Made by a program: the position numbers and the translations under genes. Shown here piece after piece: positions 50,787 through 63,749 of a stretch of 64,000 nucleotides of DNA. The DNA is from Octopus bimaculoides (taxonomy: Eukaryota), in contig NC_068985.1 of NCBI RefSeq assembly GCF_001194135.2, forward strand, positions 31,512,761 through 31,576,760, given 5' to 3'. Position 1 is the first letter of the stretch; each line of letters begins with the position of its first letter. The notes beneath the pieces were generated by a model. The model ran no database searches. It saw only the letters and a program-made list of their open reading frames with translations, and had not been told where the DNA came from.

Positions 50787-51325
50787 TGGGCGACCAAGTT
50801 AGTAGTGGGGGTGGGTGCGCTGAAAGTGTAGCTGCTAGAATAAGAATAGCCTGGGCAAAGTTTAGAGAGCTCTTACCCCTGCTGGCGACAAAGGGACTCT
50901 CACTCAGAGTAAAAGGCAGACTGTATGACGCATGCGTACGAACAACCATGCTACATGGCAGTGAAACATGGGCTGTAACTGCTGAGGACATACGTAAGCT
51001 CGCAAGGAATGAAGCCAGTATGCTCCGTTGGATGTGTAATGTCAATGTGAATACCCGTCAGAGTGTAAGTATCTTGAGAGAAAAGCTGAATATTAGAAGC
51101 ATCAGTTGTGGCATGCAAGAGAGACGATTGCGCTGGTATGGACATGTGGTGAGAATGGAGGAGGATAGCTGCGTGAAAATGTGCCACACCCTAACAGTTG
51201 AGGGAACCCGTGGAAGAGGTAGGCCCAGGAAGACCTGGGCTGAGGTGGTGAGGCAAGACCTTCGTACATTGGGCCTCACCGAGGCGATGACTACTGACCG
51301 AGACCTTTGGAAATGTGCTGTGCAA
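50787..51325 (+). mobile_element. Well-preserved RTE C-terminal fragment, truncated at both ends
   Basis: YLGDQVSSGGGCAESVAARIRIAWAKFRELLPLL..RLYDACVRTTMLHGSETW..RRLRWYGHVVRM..GRPRKTWAEVVRQDL; CpGs are retained. Confidence 0.92.
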
Positions 51326-51329
51326 GGCC

Positions 51330-51515
51330 AGCAATTTCTGGGAAGAGGTAAATCAACTATATCAGCCCCAGTACATGACTGGTACCTACTTTATCAACTC
51401 CAAAAGTATGAAAAGCAAAGTTGACCTTGGAATTTGAACTCAGAACAAAGAGACAGGACAAAATGTCATGAAGCATTTTGCCTGGTGTGCTAATGCTTCT
51501 GCCAGCTCACTGCCT
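51330..51515 (-). mobile_element. tRNA-derived SINE family B. Other copies: 53030-53215, 54975-55185, 58690-58870 (decayed)
   Basis: gagctggcagaatcagtagca...ttctgagttcaaattctgctgaggtcaactttgcctttcatcct..ggggtcaataaaataagtaccagt. Confidence 0.8.
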
Positions 51516-51516
51516 T

Positions 51517-51805
51517 ACTAGCATCTTGTAATTAACAGTTGCCTAGCTGATACTAGCATTTGAGAATTAAAGGTTGACTATCTGTCACAAACATTCTGTT
51601 ATTAATAATTGACTAATTGTTTGTAATTAATGGTTGATTAGCTGACAGTAGTAATTTGTAATTAATGGTAGATTAGTTGACAATAGTATTTTGTTATTAA
51701 TATTTGACTAGCAACCACTAGTGTTTTGTAATTAATAGTTAACTAGCTGATGTATTTTGTATTTGAAGGTAGAGTAGTTGACATTAGTGTCTTGTAATTA
51801 GTGTG
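51517..51805 (+). repeat. Degenerate minisatellite, unit about 33 bp (actagcattttgtaattaatggttgactagctgac-like), about 8-9 copies
   Basis: ttgtaattaat...gactagctga recurs. Confidence 0.75.
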
Positions 51806-51999
51806 TTGCAATTAATTTCATCAATTGAAAGAAAAGTGGTATTTTGCATTTCAAACATTAATGTTTATGAAACACATGTGATATTTTCAACACTACAATG
51901 CAAGAGGGGAAATTCAGAAGTAAGGACTGAGTCTGTGAAGAGGTTTAAATTTTTGGTGGAAAGCAATTCCCTTTGTTTAGGTTTATGCAACTAAATATC

Positions 52000-52227
52000 T
52001 TAACCTTTTAGTATTCAGATTACTCTGACAAATATATTGCTTATCTATTTACATTGTTTTGAATTAATTGTGTGTTGTTTCATAGCTGTGAGATTTCAAT
52101 GATGTGATTGTGTATTTTTAGAATGACATTGTAAGGTAGGTATGAGTGGCCAGATCTGGCCACTTTGAACATAAAAACAGGTAGAATATTTGGCCACATA
52201 GACTGGTTTAAATGCTAAAAGGCTAAA
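52000..52227 (+). mobile_element. Decayed piggyBac-like MITE; inverted second copy at 60879-61092
   Basis: Ends resemble ttaaccctttag / ctaaagggttaa (TTAA plus CCC); the two copies share the internal sequence. Confidence 0.6.
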
Positions 52228-54478
52228 ACAATCATGTATATAGCATGAACTAATTCCTGCACTCTACAAATTTTGCTCCTAAGTAAGAACTCAATTTCTC
52301 ATTTGATAGTGACTTCCTGCAGTTTACTAAGTGATATTTTTCTTCCTTTTTTTTTATGAAGAATACTATACACAAAATAATAGCCTATTCATACTTGAAT
52401 AAACAATTACTAAATTTTTTTTAAAGATCCCTCAATTCTTTCACCATCATTTAACCTAGAAGCATTGAAAGTTAGCATGTTGGGCAGCAGTTTTTCTGAA
52501 ATTTGCACACTACTTAGAAAGACCAAAAGAGATACTAAAAATAACTGGTGTTTCTAGTGTTAACACATTTAGTAACTAAAAGTAAATTGCATTAACTAAA
52601 AAAGACATCTGTGCAATAGATTTTCATTGTAGCTAATCTCAGATCTACATATTAATTCGGAAACAAATCCTCAATTGTTTTAGATGATTAACTTTTATTT
52701 TCTCTTAATAAGGATATTGTGCATATACTTCATTATCAATAATAGATCATGATAATTTGTAAAGATATGCTTCAGGTTGCAATCCTTCCATTCATGAAAT
52801 TGAATTCTCCAGCATGTTGGGATATTTTCATATCAATATCACGTACAGTGTTACATTATTAATACTGTAAAAACCAAACACTCACAAGAAATAATGCAAG
52901 CTGCAGTTGTAGCTGTTAAAACAGAATCATTTTATAAAAAGACATTCTTAAAATTACCAAATATATATATATGCACACTCATATATTATTATTACTATTA
53001 TTGTTGTTGTGAAGAAGGGGAGCTGGCAGAATCAGTAGCACACTGGGTGAAACGCTTAGCAGCATTTTGTCTGTCTTTACATTCTGAGTTCAAATTCTGC
53101 TGAGGTCAACTTTGCCTTTCATCCTATTGGGGTCAATAAAATAAGTATCAGTTGAACACTGATGTGATTGACTTACCCTCCCCTGCAATTGCTGGCTTTG
53201 TGCCAAAATTTGAAATCATTATTATTGTTGTTGTTGTTGTTAAGTACAAGCATGGCTGTAGGCATGGCTGTGTGGTTAAGAAGTTTGTTTCACAAAATGA
53301 TGTGGTTTCAGGTTCAGTCTCATTACATGGCACCTTGGACAATGTCTTCTGCTACAGACCTGGACCAACCAAAGTCTTGTGAGTAGATTTGGTAGACAGA
53401 AACTGAAAGAAATCCACCGTGTGCATGTGTGTGTGTGTGTGTGTGTGTGTGCACGTACTCTCATCTTGATAGTGTGTAAGAGTTGAAAATGATTGTCACT
53501 GTCATATAAGTGGTGTCTTTCATTTCCAGCCTTCCATGAAAACATGTCTGGCCACAGGGAAATATTACCGTGCTTGGAAACAGGATGGGTATCTGGCTGT
53601 AGAAAATTTGCCTCAACAAATTCTGTCTCACCCATGGAAGAAAAGTGGATGTTATGATGATGATGATGATGATGATTAACACTTTTATATCACTGAAGAC
53701 TGGAATTTTGGAATTAGTTGTGCTAGCATTTAATAACTTAAATAATAATAAAAAAATAAATTTCTATATTTGGAAATGTTATCAATTTTGCTAATCTGAC
53801 ATTTCAAAACTAATTTTAAAGGAACATTCCCCTGCCCCGAAAGTAGTTTCTTAAACATCTGCAGCAATTTATGATATAAATCCCTTCATAATGTTTTACA
53901 AGTATTTATTTCCAAACAAACAGAACATACTAAATAATTAAAAAAGGTGATACCCAATACATTCTGATTATTTAATCGCAAATATTTTAATGCATATTAA
54001 ATTTTTTAATGCATAAAATATTTTAATGCATATTAAAAAAGGAGATCGAAGGGGTAAAAATGATTGTAATACTTGTTGGAACAAATGTTGAGCAAGTAGG
54101 AAAGCAAAGAAATAAAATGCTGATATATTGTTATCATCATTATTATCTCTCATTATTTACAAAATGACATGTTTTGCACAGAAATATGTATTTTGACTAA
54201 ACTGAGATGGATTAAGAAAGAATTATAATAACACAACTGGAGTATGCATTAGAAGATGGAAATAAGAAAACATGAATAATACTGCCTTCTTTGCTTCTCT
54301 GCCTATGTTTCTCTCTCTCTCTCTCTGATAACAAAGAGCAGGTAAGTACTGTTACACAACTTAGCATTCAATAAAAATAATTTTTTGCTTTGTTTCTTTC
54401 TCTTCAAGTATAACTGATTGAATTAGGATTTATATACTTGTGTTAGATGTAATATACCAGATAAAATTTCCACATATT

Positions 54479-54613
54479 GAGCCAAAGAAATGCAAGATTT
54501 TATGGGATTTTCCTAGTCAAATGGATAAGAAACTAGAAAATAATAGACCAGATATAACAATAATAGAGAAGGAAAAGCAAAGTTGCTTACTAATTTATCT
54601 ATCATGTCCATAA
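54479..54613 (+). mobile_element. Restriction-like endonuclease domain fragment of an R4/Dong-like retrotransposon
   Basis: KILWDFPSQMDKKLENNRPDITIIEKEKQSCLLIYLSCP, matching ILWDF.IQTD...NRPD......K..C..ID...P. Confidence 0.75.
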
Positions 54614-57599
54614 TCTTATTTCAAGTCTCCTTTAGTCCACTGTTATGTACTGAGTACTTTCTCAAACCAATTCATGATGTCAACAAAGAAACATATACAC
54701 TTCAAACTGCAAGAAATCACCCCCAAATCATGCCCTATTACTACAAAAAAAAAAACAAAAAAAAAATAGTAAAGCCACATTAGATAATATGGTCCCTCTG
54801 TATATCCCTAAAAAGATTGATTGATTATGGCTGAAATGCTTTTGATTATAGGTACCTTGATCAGAGTTAATCTGGGGCTAAACAATAACATTTCATTCAC
54901 TAAGTATTAACAAATTTGACAGGGACACTTATCTTGTCACCTGCTTTTTCAAGTTAATATTATACATCCAGTTAAGGGGTGAGATGGCAGAATTTTTAGC
55001 ATGCTGGGCAAAATGATTAGTGGTATTTTGTCTGTCTTTATGCTCTGAGCTCAAACTCTGCCAAGGTTGACTTTGCCTTTCATCCATTTGAAGTTGATAA
55101 AATGAGTACCAGTTGAGTACTGGAGTCGATGCAATTGACTTACCTCTCCCCCGAAATTGGCTTTGTGCCAAAATATGAAACCAATATTACATATCTAATG
55201 GACCATAATCATCTCATTCTTCTCCATTCACTACAGGTATTCTGCATTTAAAAGTCATAGGCATTGAATTTCTTATACATATTTCACAGTCTTGTCCTTG
55301 TAAACCAGAGAAATCCAGTGTTTTTAGGAGATAGTATTTCTAAAAGCCGAGGCTTCTCAAAACACAATAAATATAATAGCAATTTTTTAATATTATATGA
55401 TAAGAGAGATTCATATATGTCATTATAATTCTTTTAAACTTAATCTACTATTTAATTTAACTCCATCTCATGGCCTTGAGTGCTTTTAGTGGAGTCCAGT
55501 TAGCTGCTCTACTATCTAAGGATGAATAACTTCCTCCCTGCTGCCATTCTTGACGAGCATAAAAAATATTATGGGGGACTACACTTCCTTCTTGAACGAA
55601 ACTATTAGAAGTGATATAAACTGAATGTCTGAATTTGTTTTACTCTGCACGAGGCAAATTATTTAGGAGTTTAAAAGTTTTTACATAATCATTTTTTAGT
55701 TTGATATTATTCAACTTCTGGTGGAGAAAGGACTTCTCAACCTGTCTTTTCTCTTTTCACTTCATTCAAGCAAGAGTAGTCCATTTTTATCTTATTATCT
55801 ATTAGTGTTTTCTAGAACATTCTATCTGCAAATTGATTAACTCAATTTTAATTGGTCAATTTTCTGTTGCAGGCAGACTATTTTGTGCCCATTTGAAATA
55901 TCCTGGTGTTTCTCAAAATTATATTATATTTAGGTAATTAAATTATTGTTAGACAAATAATTTTATAGTTTCTTTTGTTACTGTTATTACATTTGCATGC
56001 TGAGGTCAAAAATTCTTTTAAGAAAATCCCATTGATAAAGAAAAATTCTCCTCTCAATGTTTCAACTTATCTTTTGGAGTTTTACAAACTATATCTCCTT
56101 ACTCTATAGAGTTCAAAATAGCAAATATGGTTGAATCAATTTAATAAAAAAAATCTATCATGTAGACTTTTGCATGATACCATATTTCTAATGCTGGAAT
56201 GCTTAATCAGAATCTATTTTCTTAAGATTGCATCTCATAACATCTATTATTATTTTTTTCCTTATTTGATTAAGCCATCTGTAAAATTAATTAAATATAA
56301 ATCTGTTTTTGTTATTCCATTTTTATTTCCTTCACTAACTGCTTGATTGGGTTTATTGAATATGCTTGGTTAATGTCTGCTATTTTTATTTGCTTCCCTT
56401 TTGCAGATTTTGGGCTTAATACTCATTTCAACATTAGTTTCTTGATTACAATATCAGACCAAGTGCAAATTGTTTCTCTGACATACAATATTAAGGCAAT
56501 TGAAGGTATTGGTTGCCTTAATACAAAATACACAAATACCTTTAGTTTTTGTGTGTGTGTGTGTGTGAGTGTATTTGTGGTGGAGGAGAAAGAAATATTA
56601 TTTTTAGGTCTAGTTTACTCTAAACTGATTGTCTTTTCTGCTTTGGGCAAGATCTGTATAAAGGTGTGAGTACTGGAATTCTTAAGATGAGGAATGCTTT
56701 GTAAGGATCAATATTTTGTTATCCATTTCTTTTTGAATTATTTTCAGAGCTCCTTTGGCTATAGGTACCACTGTTGTGTCTGTATCCTAATTACTGCTAT
56801 GTAAAATCCTTGACATATGAATATCATTTATCCCATTAATATTTTTCTGTCCATTCAACATGACATATCAAATGTAATGCATGTTTTTGCCTTTCTAATC
56901 TCTTATGAATAGATCAAAAATGTCTTTATCAGTACATTACATCATATTTTACAATACTGTTATATTTTTCTCTACAACTTTCTTGAAGTTCTGCCAACAT
57001 TGTGTCCTGTGGTGTCCCTATAACATAAGTAGATGGTGGCTGTATTGGTAGTTAAAATGACAACTTACTGTCCTACATTGTGTGGCTAAATACCAAAAAA
57101 ACTTATTTTCCCAGAATAAGGTTAGCTGGGTGAGTATACCCCTAGGGGTTAAAAAAGAACCTTCTTACTTAAGGGTTCAGTTAAGAGAAAAGGATGGTCA
57201 TCATCAGCAGCTAGATGAAATGTTAAATATAGCTAAGCACATATAAGAAGGCAAATATGCATTAGCAGTACTCCAGTATGTGACAAACATTGCCTTGTAT
57301 AAGATCAATAGCTGAATGGAATTGAATATTTTCTGGCTCTGAAAAAGAAGCTTGTTGTTATGATGCAACCTTAGCTATGTGACCACTAAAAAATATCATT
57401 AGAAACAGTGAAACCAAGTATTTACAGAGAAAAGGATGATTTCATTTGTATGTAATTTATGAACAGTAGTGTTGTCATGTGTATGTGTATATGAATATAG
57501 TAACTGTTGATTATCATACCATATTGCATGTCTGAGATATACAGGTAGAGTAACCATTAGTTTATCATACTGTTTACTTTGAAATGCGTGAAAAGCTCC

Positions 57600-58220
57600 C
57601 TAACAACTTCTGTTATCTAGTTGATCTAATTAGCAATGAAGGTTAGTGCTCTGAAAGCATAGTAACTAGAGTAACAAGAGGTTGGAAAAGCTCAAGGAGT
57701 TATTAGCTCTGTCGCAACACAGAGAGTCTCTCTCAAAATGAAACTGTTTTACTACCATTCAACATTGTACAAAGTGCAATGTTGAATGGTAGTAAAACAT
57801 GGACACAAAATGCAGAGGATATGTCAGGGCTGGAAAGAAATGAGGTGAGCTTGATCTGATGAGTGTGTAATGTTAGTGTGTATGACCAACAGAGTACAAA
57901 TGAGCAGATAAAAAACCTGGATATAAGAAGAATCTGTTGTAGTATCCAAAATGGAAGACAGAGCTGGTGTAGCCATGTAATCATATGAAGAATGACACTG
58001 GGGTAAAGATGTTCCAAGTGATTTAAGTGGGAGAAGCCTATGGAAAGGGAAGAGTGAGAAAAGCATGGTGAGAAGTGGTGAAGGTTAATCTTAAAATGAT
58101 GAACCCCATGAAGAAGATGACAAGTGACTGGAACAAGTAGCAAGATGATGTGCTGAGAAATATTCATTTAACCCATGTAAGTATGGAAAAAACATGTGAA
58201 ATGATGATGATGGTGATGAC
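57600..58220 (+). mobile_element. Heavily decayed RTE fragment
   Basis: Aligns by eye with 50787-51325 (gctctgaaagcatagtaactagagt.., gtagtaaaacatggac..). Confidence 0.65.
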
Positions 58221-59214
58221 AGCTATTCATTCTTATAGTTGTCTTCTTTATGCCTACATATTTTTCTTTTTATAATCTGGAACTAAAAATCTTCAAAAAC
58301 TCACATACTTCTTAACTCTACTCCTTCCTCCTTTATATTATTTTACTGCTAGTGGCATGTACGTACAGCACATCTCACGAATATAGTTTGGTGTTATGTT
58401 GCATTGATTAGAATTTTAGTTTTAAGTATTGACTGGTTAGCTACACATAGTTACTTTGCTTATCACAGACTTATCCATTCTCAATGGCTACTTCCCAAGT
58501 AAGGATTTATTTTCTCATTGAGTTTTATAGTTTACTGCTATTTCTCTTATTGATTATAATTATTATTTTATTTGTTATTGTTTGTGGAGTCTCTTTGTTG
58601 TTCTGTGAGATCCTCCTCCTCAATCAAGTCATAACTGCCACTTTATATGGAATTAAAGATATTATAATTGATATGATCACTATTAAGGACAGTGGGGTGC
58701 CAAGAATTGGTAGAGCAGCAGACAAAATGCTTTGCAGTATTTATTATAGTTCTTCATGTTCATAATTCAAATCCTGCTGAAGATGACTTTATGGATCAAT
58801 TAAAGTAAGAACCTATCAAGTACTGTAGATGATTTAATTGACACTACCCACTTGTTTGTGGTTTCATACTCAGAAATCTTTATTACGACTGATTTAATGA
58901 CAAACGAATAATAATACAAAAGTGATGAATCTATGTGAATCCTTAAAATTCATTACTAATATATAAAAATTATTTTCTAGGCAAGATGTAAATTTAATGT
59001 GAACTTCATTCTCATTTTCAGAAAAATCTTATAAATCATATAATACATCGTAGCTGGGTTGCAATAAAAGGTTAGAGAGGATATTGGTTGTAAATTAAAG
59101 ATCATTCATTAATAGCATATAAAAAGTATTCAGCAAATAAAGAGAAATAAATGAGAGGAAATAAACAGTAAATGCTCCCAAGTGCAGCTGTATTTGAAGA
59201 CTAGTAGGACTAGT

Positions 59215-59286
<72 letters not shown>

Positions 59287-60227
59287 GAGAGAGAGAAAGA
59301 GATACATGCATACACATACATAGTATTGTGTGTGTCACAAAATCAAAATCCAAGTAAATAAAAAAAAAAATGATCCAGCATGACCATAGCTGCATGGCTG
59401 AAATAAGTAAAAGAGTAAAAGAATATATATTTGTAAGAGAAAAGTTAGCAAGAGAATTAACTTTACTATTGCAGTGAGTGAATTCTCATTAAAGATGAAG
59501 GAAACAAAATATCACAACGCTCGACGAAGATTTTATGTTGACATTTGTAGAACTTTGGTAGTCAACAATAATTCCACATCAACAGATTTTATCTCATTAA
59601 AGTTCACATAGCATTTTTCTTACATAATTTCAGTTCTGCCTATGAACTAACAAACCTATACTCACATAGGTGGGTAGGTAGATCTTCTTAAGCACTGTAA
59701 ATTACCAATCATCTCAGTCCTTTGTCATCTCCTCTGTGAGGCTCACCATCCCAAGATCCATCCCCACCATTTCATTCCACAAATTTCTGGCAGCCCCAAA
59801 ATAAACAAATTGTAAAAGATCATACTAATGGATATCTCACATATTTTACATATGTTCCTCAGTTTTATCATGAATTTTATAAAAGGGAATTCTTTTTAAA
59901 TACTCAAACAGAAATTTTTCCAACATGACACCTCACAAGTTTAAATCTTTAGATGCAAAAACTTGTCCCTTGATGTCTTTGGTTGCACCTTGTACAAATT
60001 AAAGGAAAGGCAAAATAAAATGATAATAATAAATAAATAAATAAATAAATTGAAACACCTCAATCCTTGAGAGGAAATATTTGGATATTCTTAAAAATCT
60101 CAATAATCCAAACTAGAAATAAATCCTATTAAACTAGAAATTATTGAAGGTGTAAATTGGTACACTCATATGAAGAAAAACAACGAATGAAAGAATTCTC
60201 TTTGGCTATGTGGTTAAAGTAAAGCCT

Positions 60228-60426
60228 AAAGGCTTTCTTCAACTAGGCATGAGTCTCTCATCTTGAAATCGGTTCTTTTTGGTGTTAAGATGGCTTACAT
60301 GTGAACTATGTGCTACAGATTTGCCATCTGCTCAAAAAGCAATACAAATAGGTTTAGATAGTGTCTACTAGACAATGGACTTAACTGATATGGGTAAATT
60401 AGCTTTTAATACATAGTAAAATCTGA
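60228..60426 (+). repeat. Block paralogous to 63273-64000; holds the empty MITE target site (single ggcatgag at 60246-60253)
   Basis: aaaggctttcttcaactaggcatgagtctct...cttgaaatc...gttaagatggctt.catgtgaact...tgggtaaattagct...tttaatacatagtaaaatct occurs in both places. Confidence 0.92.
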
Positions 60427-61755
60427 AGAAAATAATTTTTGTACAAAATTATATCAGAAACAGTTTAATCGATGTGAGCACAACCAAAACCTTTAGCCAA
60501 ACTGCTAATTTACATTTCATTTACACTTTTTGAAATTTCATTGAATTTTTCACATATATGAACATAGACACACATATATACACAATTACAGCCATTACAA
60601 TAATTATCATCATTATCAAATTATATCTGCTTTCCATGCTGGCATGGGCTAGATGGGTTATCTCAGTCGAAGTCAGTCCATATGTGGAGTTACTGTCTTT
60701 GTAAATGAGCTACAAGAACACATCATGTTCATACATACTATTTTTGGCACAGTTTCTATGGCTAGGTGCATTTTCTCATCCAGACGAATACAAAGCAATG
60801 TTACTCTCACTCTTGCAAGACAAACACAATTGAGGGGTGCAATAGGAGAGAATGGCATATCATCAGCTGAAGCACCATTTTGACCCTTTAGGATTTAAAC
60901 AGGCCATATCAGGCTCAAATATTCTACCTATTTAATACTCAAATTGGCCAGATTCAGCCTCTCAAACTTAAAATGTCATTTTAAAAATAAATAATCACAT
61001 CATCAAAATCTCAAAGCTACAGGATTAGTTCAAAACAATGTGAATAAATAAGCTTTACATTTGACAAAGTAATCTGAATTCTAAAGGATTAAGGTTCACT
61101 TTTCTATGTTTCTACAAATCAGATGGAATTCATTGAGACAGACATTTTTATAGCTGGATGCTCTTCCTGTTGCTGACCCTGACCTGTTTCCAAGAAATAT
61201 TTCCTCATGGCCAATCATGATTTCATGGAAGATTGGAAATGAAGGACACTATTTGATAACTATCATGCAATGGCAAGACAAAGACACACACACACACACA
61301 TTTGGTTGAAAGTAACTATGGAAGCCTGTCGTGTGCATGTGTGTGTGAATCTATCTACCTATCTAGAAGTGGCTGTGTCGTAAGAAGCTTGCTTCTCAAC
61401 CACATGGTTCTGGGTTCAGTCCCACTGTATGACACCTTAGGCAAGTGTCTACTATAGCCTTGGGCCAACCAAAGCCTTGTGAGTGGATTTGGTAGAAGGA
61501 AACTGAAAGAAGCCTGTCATATCTGTGTGTGTGTGTGAATGAGTATCTGTCTTTGTGTCTGTCCCCCACCACTGCTTGACAACTGGTGTTGGTGTGTTTA
61601 TGTTCCTGTAACTTAGTGGCTTGGCAAAAGAGACTGATAGAATAAGAACTAGGCTTTAAAAAAAGTGCTGGGGTTAATTCATCCAATTAAAAATTCTTCA
61701 AAGTGGTGCACCAGCATGGCTGCAGTCTAATGACTGAAACAAGTAGAAGATAAAA

Positions 61756-61804
<49 letters not shown>

Positions 61805-62212
61805 GGTAGCTTTTAGATAGTTTCTCTAAACCAGATTCTACTCACAAGGTATTGGTAAATGTGAGGCTGTAATAGAAAACACTACAGGTACTGTTCAGTG
61901 GTATTGAACTCAGAATCATGTGGTTTCGATGTGAACTTCATAACCATACAGCCACGTTCACATCCAGATGTAACAGATATTTTTTCAAGGTAAACAAAGA
62001 TAATATTTAGTCATTAAAAGAGCTCTTTGGTAAACATTACCACTCTCATTGCCGCTTATCTTTTTTTTATTGTAGTGTAAACTAGTTGGATCATACAAAT
62101 TATCTGCTAAATGAAAGTTTTTGTAGCAATATTTATATCCAATTAAACAAGTCATACAAGTGGCTAATGAGGAAGATACTATGACAAATGATACTCTCAA
62201 AGTAACCTTAAC

Positions 62213-62255
<43 letters not shown>

Positions 62256-63298
62256 ACGCACACACACACACACACACACACACTACAATCACTCACAGAA
62301 ACAAATGTTATTTCCATCTTAATGAAGTTAACATATATAGTTAATAAACAATGGTTAATTGAAATAATTATCATCTTCTCCATAAAACACACATGCACAT
62401 AAGACACAGAGTATCTCAGGAAAAATTCTTAAATCATACAATTTAAACAGCTAATGCTGTTGATAGTATTATAGTGAGAGTGAATATTTAGCATTCNNNN
62501 NNNNNNNNNNNNNNNNNNNNNNNNNNNNNNNNNNNNNNNNNNNNNNNNNNNNNNNNNNNNNNNNNNNNNNNNNNNNNNNNNNNNNNNNNNNNNNNNNNNN
62601 NNNNNNNNNNNNNNNNNNNNNNNNNNNNNNNNNNNNNNNNNNNNNNNNNNNNNNNNNNNNNNNNNNNNNNNNNNNNNNNNNNNNNNNNNNNNNNGGAGGG
62701 AGGGAGAGAGATTTGATTTTCTGATGTCTAGTCCCAGTTCATTGAAGAACTTAACCTCAACTTTGAAAAGTAGTAAAATTAAGGTAATTCTAGTTAAATA
62801 TACAATGCTCCCACTGCTTACAGCAATATACTGTACCTGTGGATAGAATTATATAAAACTAGGCTAAGAAAGGTATTATTTTAATATAAAGGTTTTCTAA
62901 GTTATGAACAGTGTGAAATGATTGGATGTAAAACATTGACCACAGCCTACATTCTATCAACTCAGCTTGCTGTGACTCTCTTCATGTATCATTGTTGTCA
63001 TCATCATTTAACATTCTCATTCCACGCTGGCACAGGAAGAACAGATTGACTGGTCAACAGATCACATCTTTCTCCAATGTTTCATTTTTGGCATGATTTC
63101 TACTGCTGGATGCTCTTCCCAATACCAACCAGTTATAAAGTGTATTTTGGTGCATTTCTCATGGCACCAGCACTATAGAAGCTGCCTTGTCATCAGAAAT
63201 CTCTCTCAAGCCCTGCATTGTCAGTGTTTAAATTGATTACCAAATATAAAGTGTACTTTTTTTGAAACCAGAAAAGGCTTTCTTCAATTAGGCATGAG

Positions 63299-63749
63299 GG
63301 CGATCTTTTGATACTAGTCCACCACAACTTCCGGTCGTTGCGCGCACGCATACTGATTACATGATTGTATAGTGTGTTTATGTGTTTAAATGACTTGAAA
63401 ATATGAAAAGACAACATTAAATAGAAACTCAAACCTTCTCCCCCTCAGATGCATACAGTTCTCAAACTTTAAACACATAAACACACTATACAATCATGTA
63501 ATCAGTATAGGGAGGAGATACGCCACTGTAGAGGTGCGCTTCACAACGGAAGAGGAAGCAATAAAGCACTCCACAGAGGAATGGGTGCTCTTGTATTCGT
63601 ACTGCGGCAAATGTGTGGCCAAGGTGCGAGTGAGTAAGGTGCCATCCGAAGTGAAACTTTAAACACATAAACACACTATACGATCAAGTAATCAGTATGC
63701 GTGCGCGCAACGACCGGAAGTTGTGGTGGACTAGTATCGAAAGATCGCC
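63299..63749. mobile_element. 451-bp non-autonomous DNA transposon (MITE) with 92-bp TIRs and 8-bp TSD GGCATGAG; ends GGCGATC are Merlin-like
   Basis: TIRs 63299-63390 and 63658-63749 differ at 3 of 92 positions; TSD at 63291-63298 and 63750-63757; CpG-rich. Confidence 0.93.

Noticed and set aside
55699-55735. FDIIQLLVEKG, ankyrin-like
   Set aside because: Too short, with no donor site and no further repeats.
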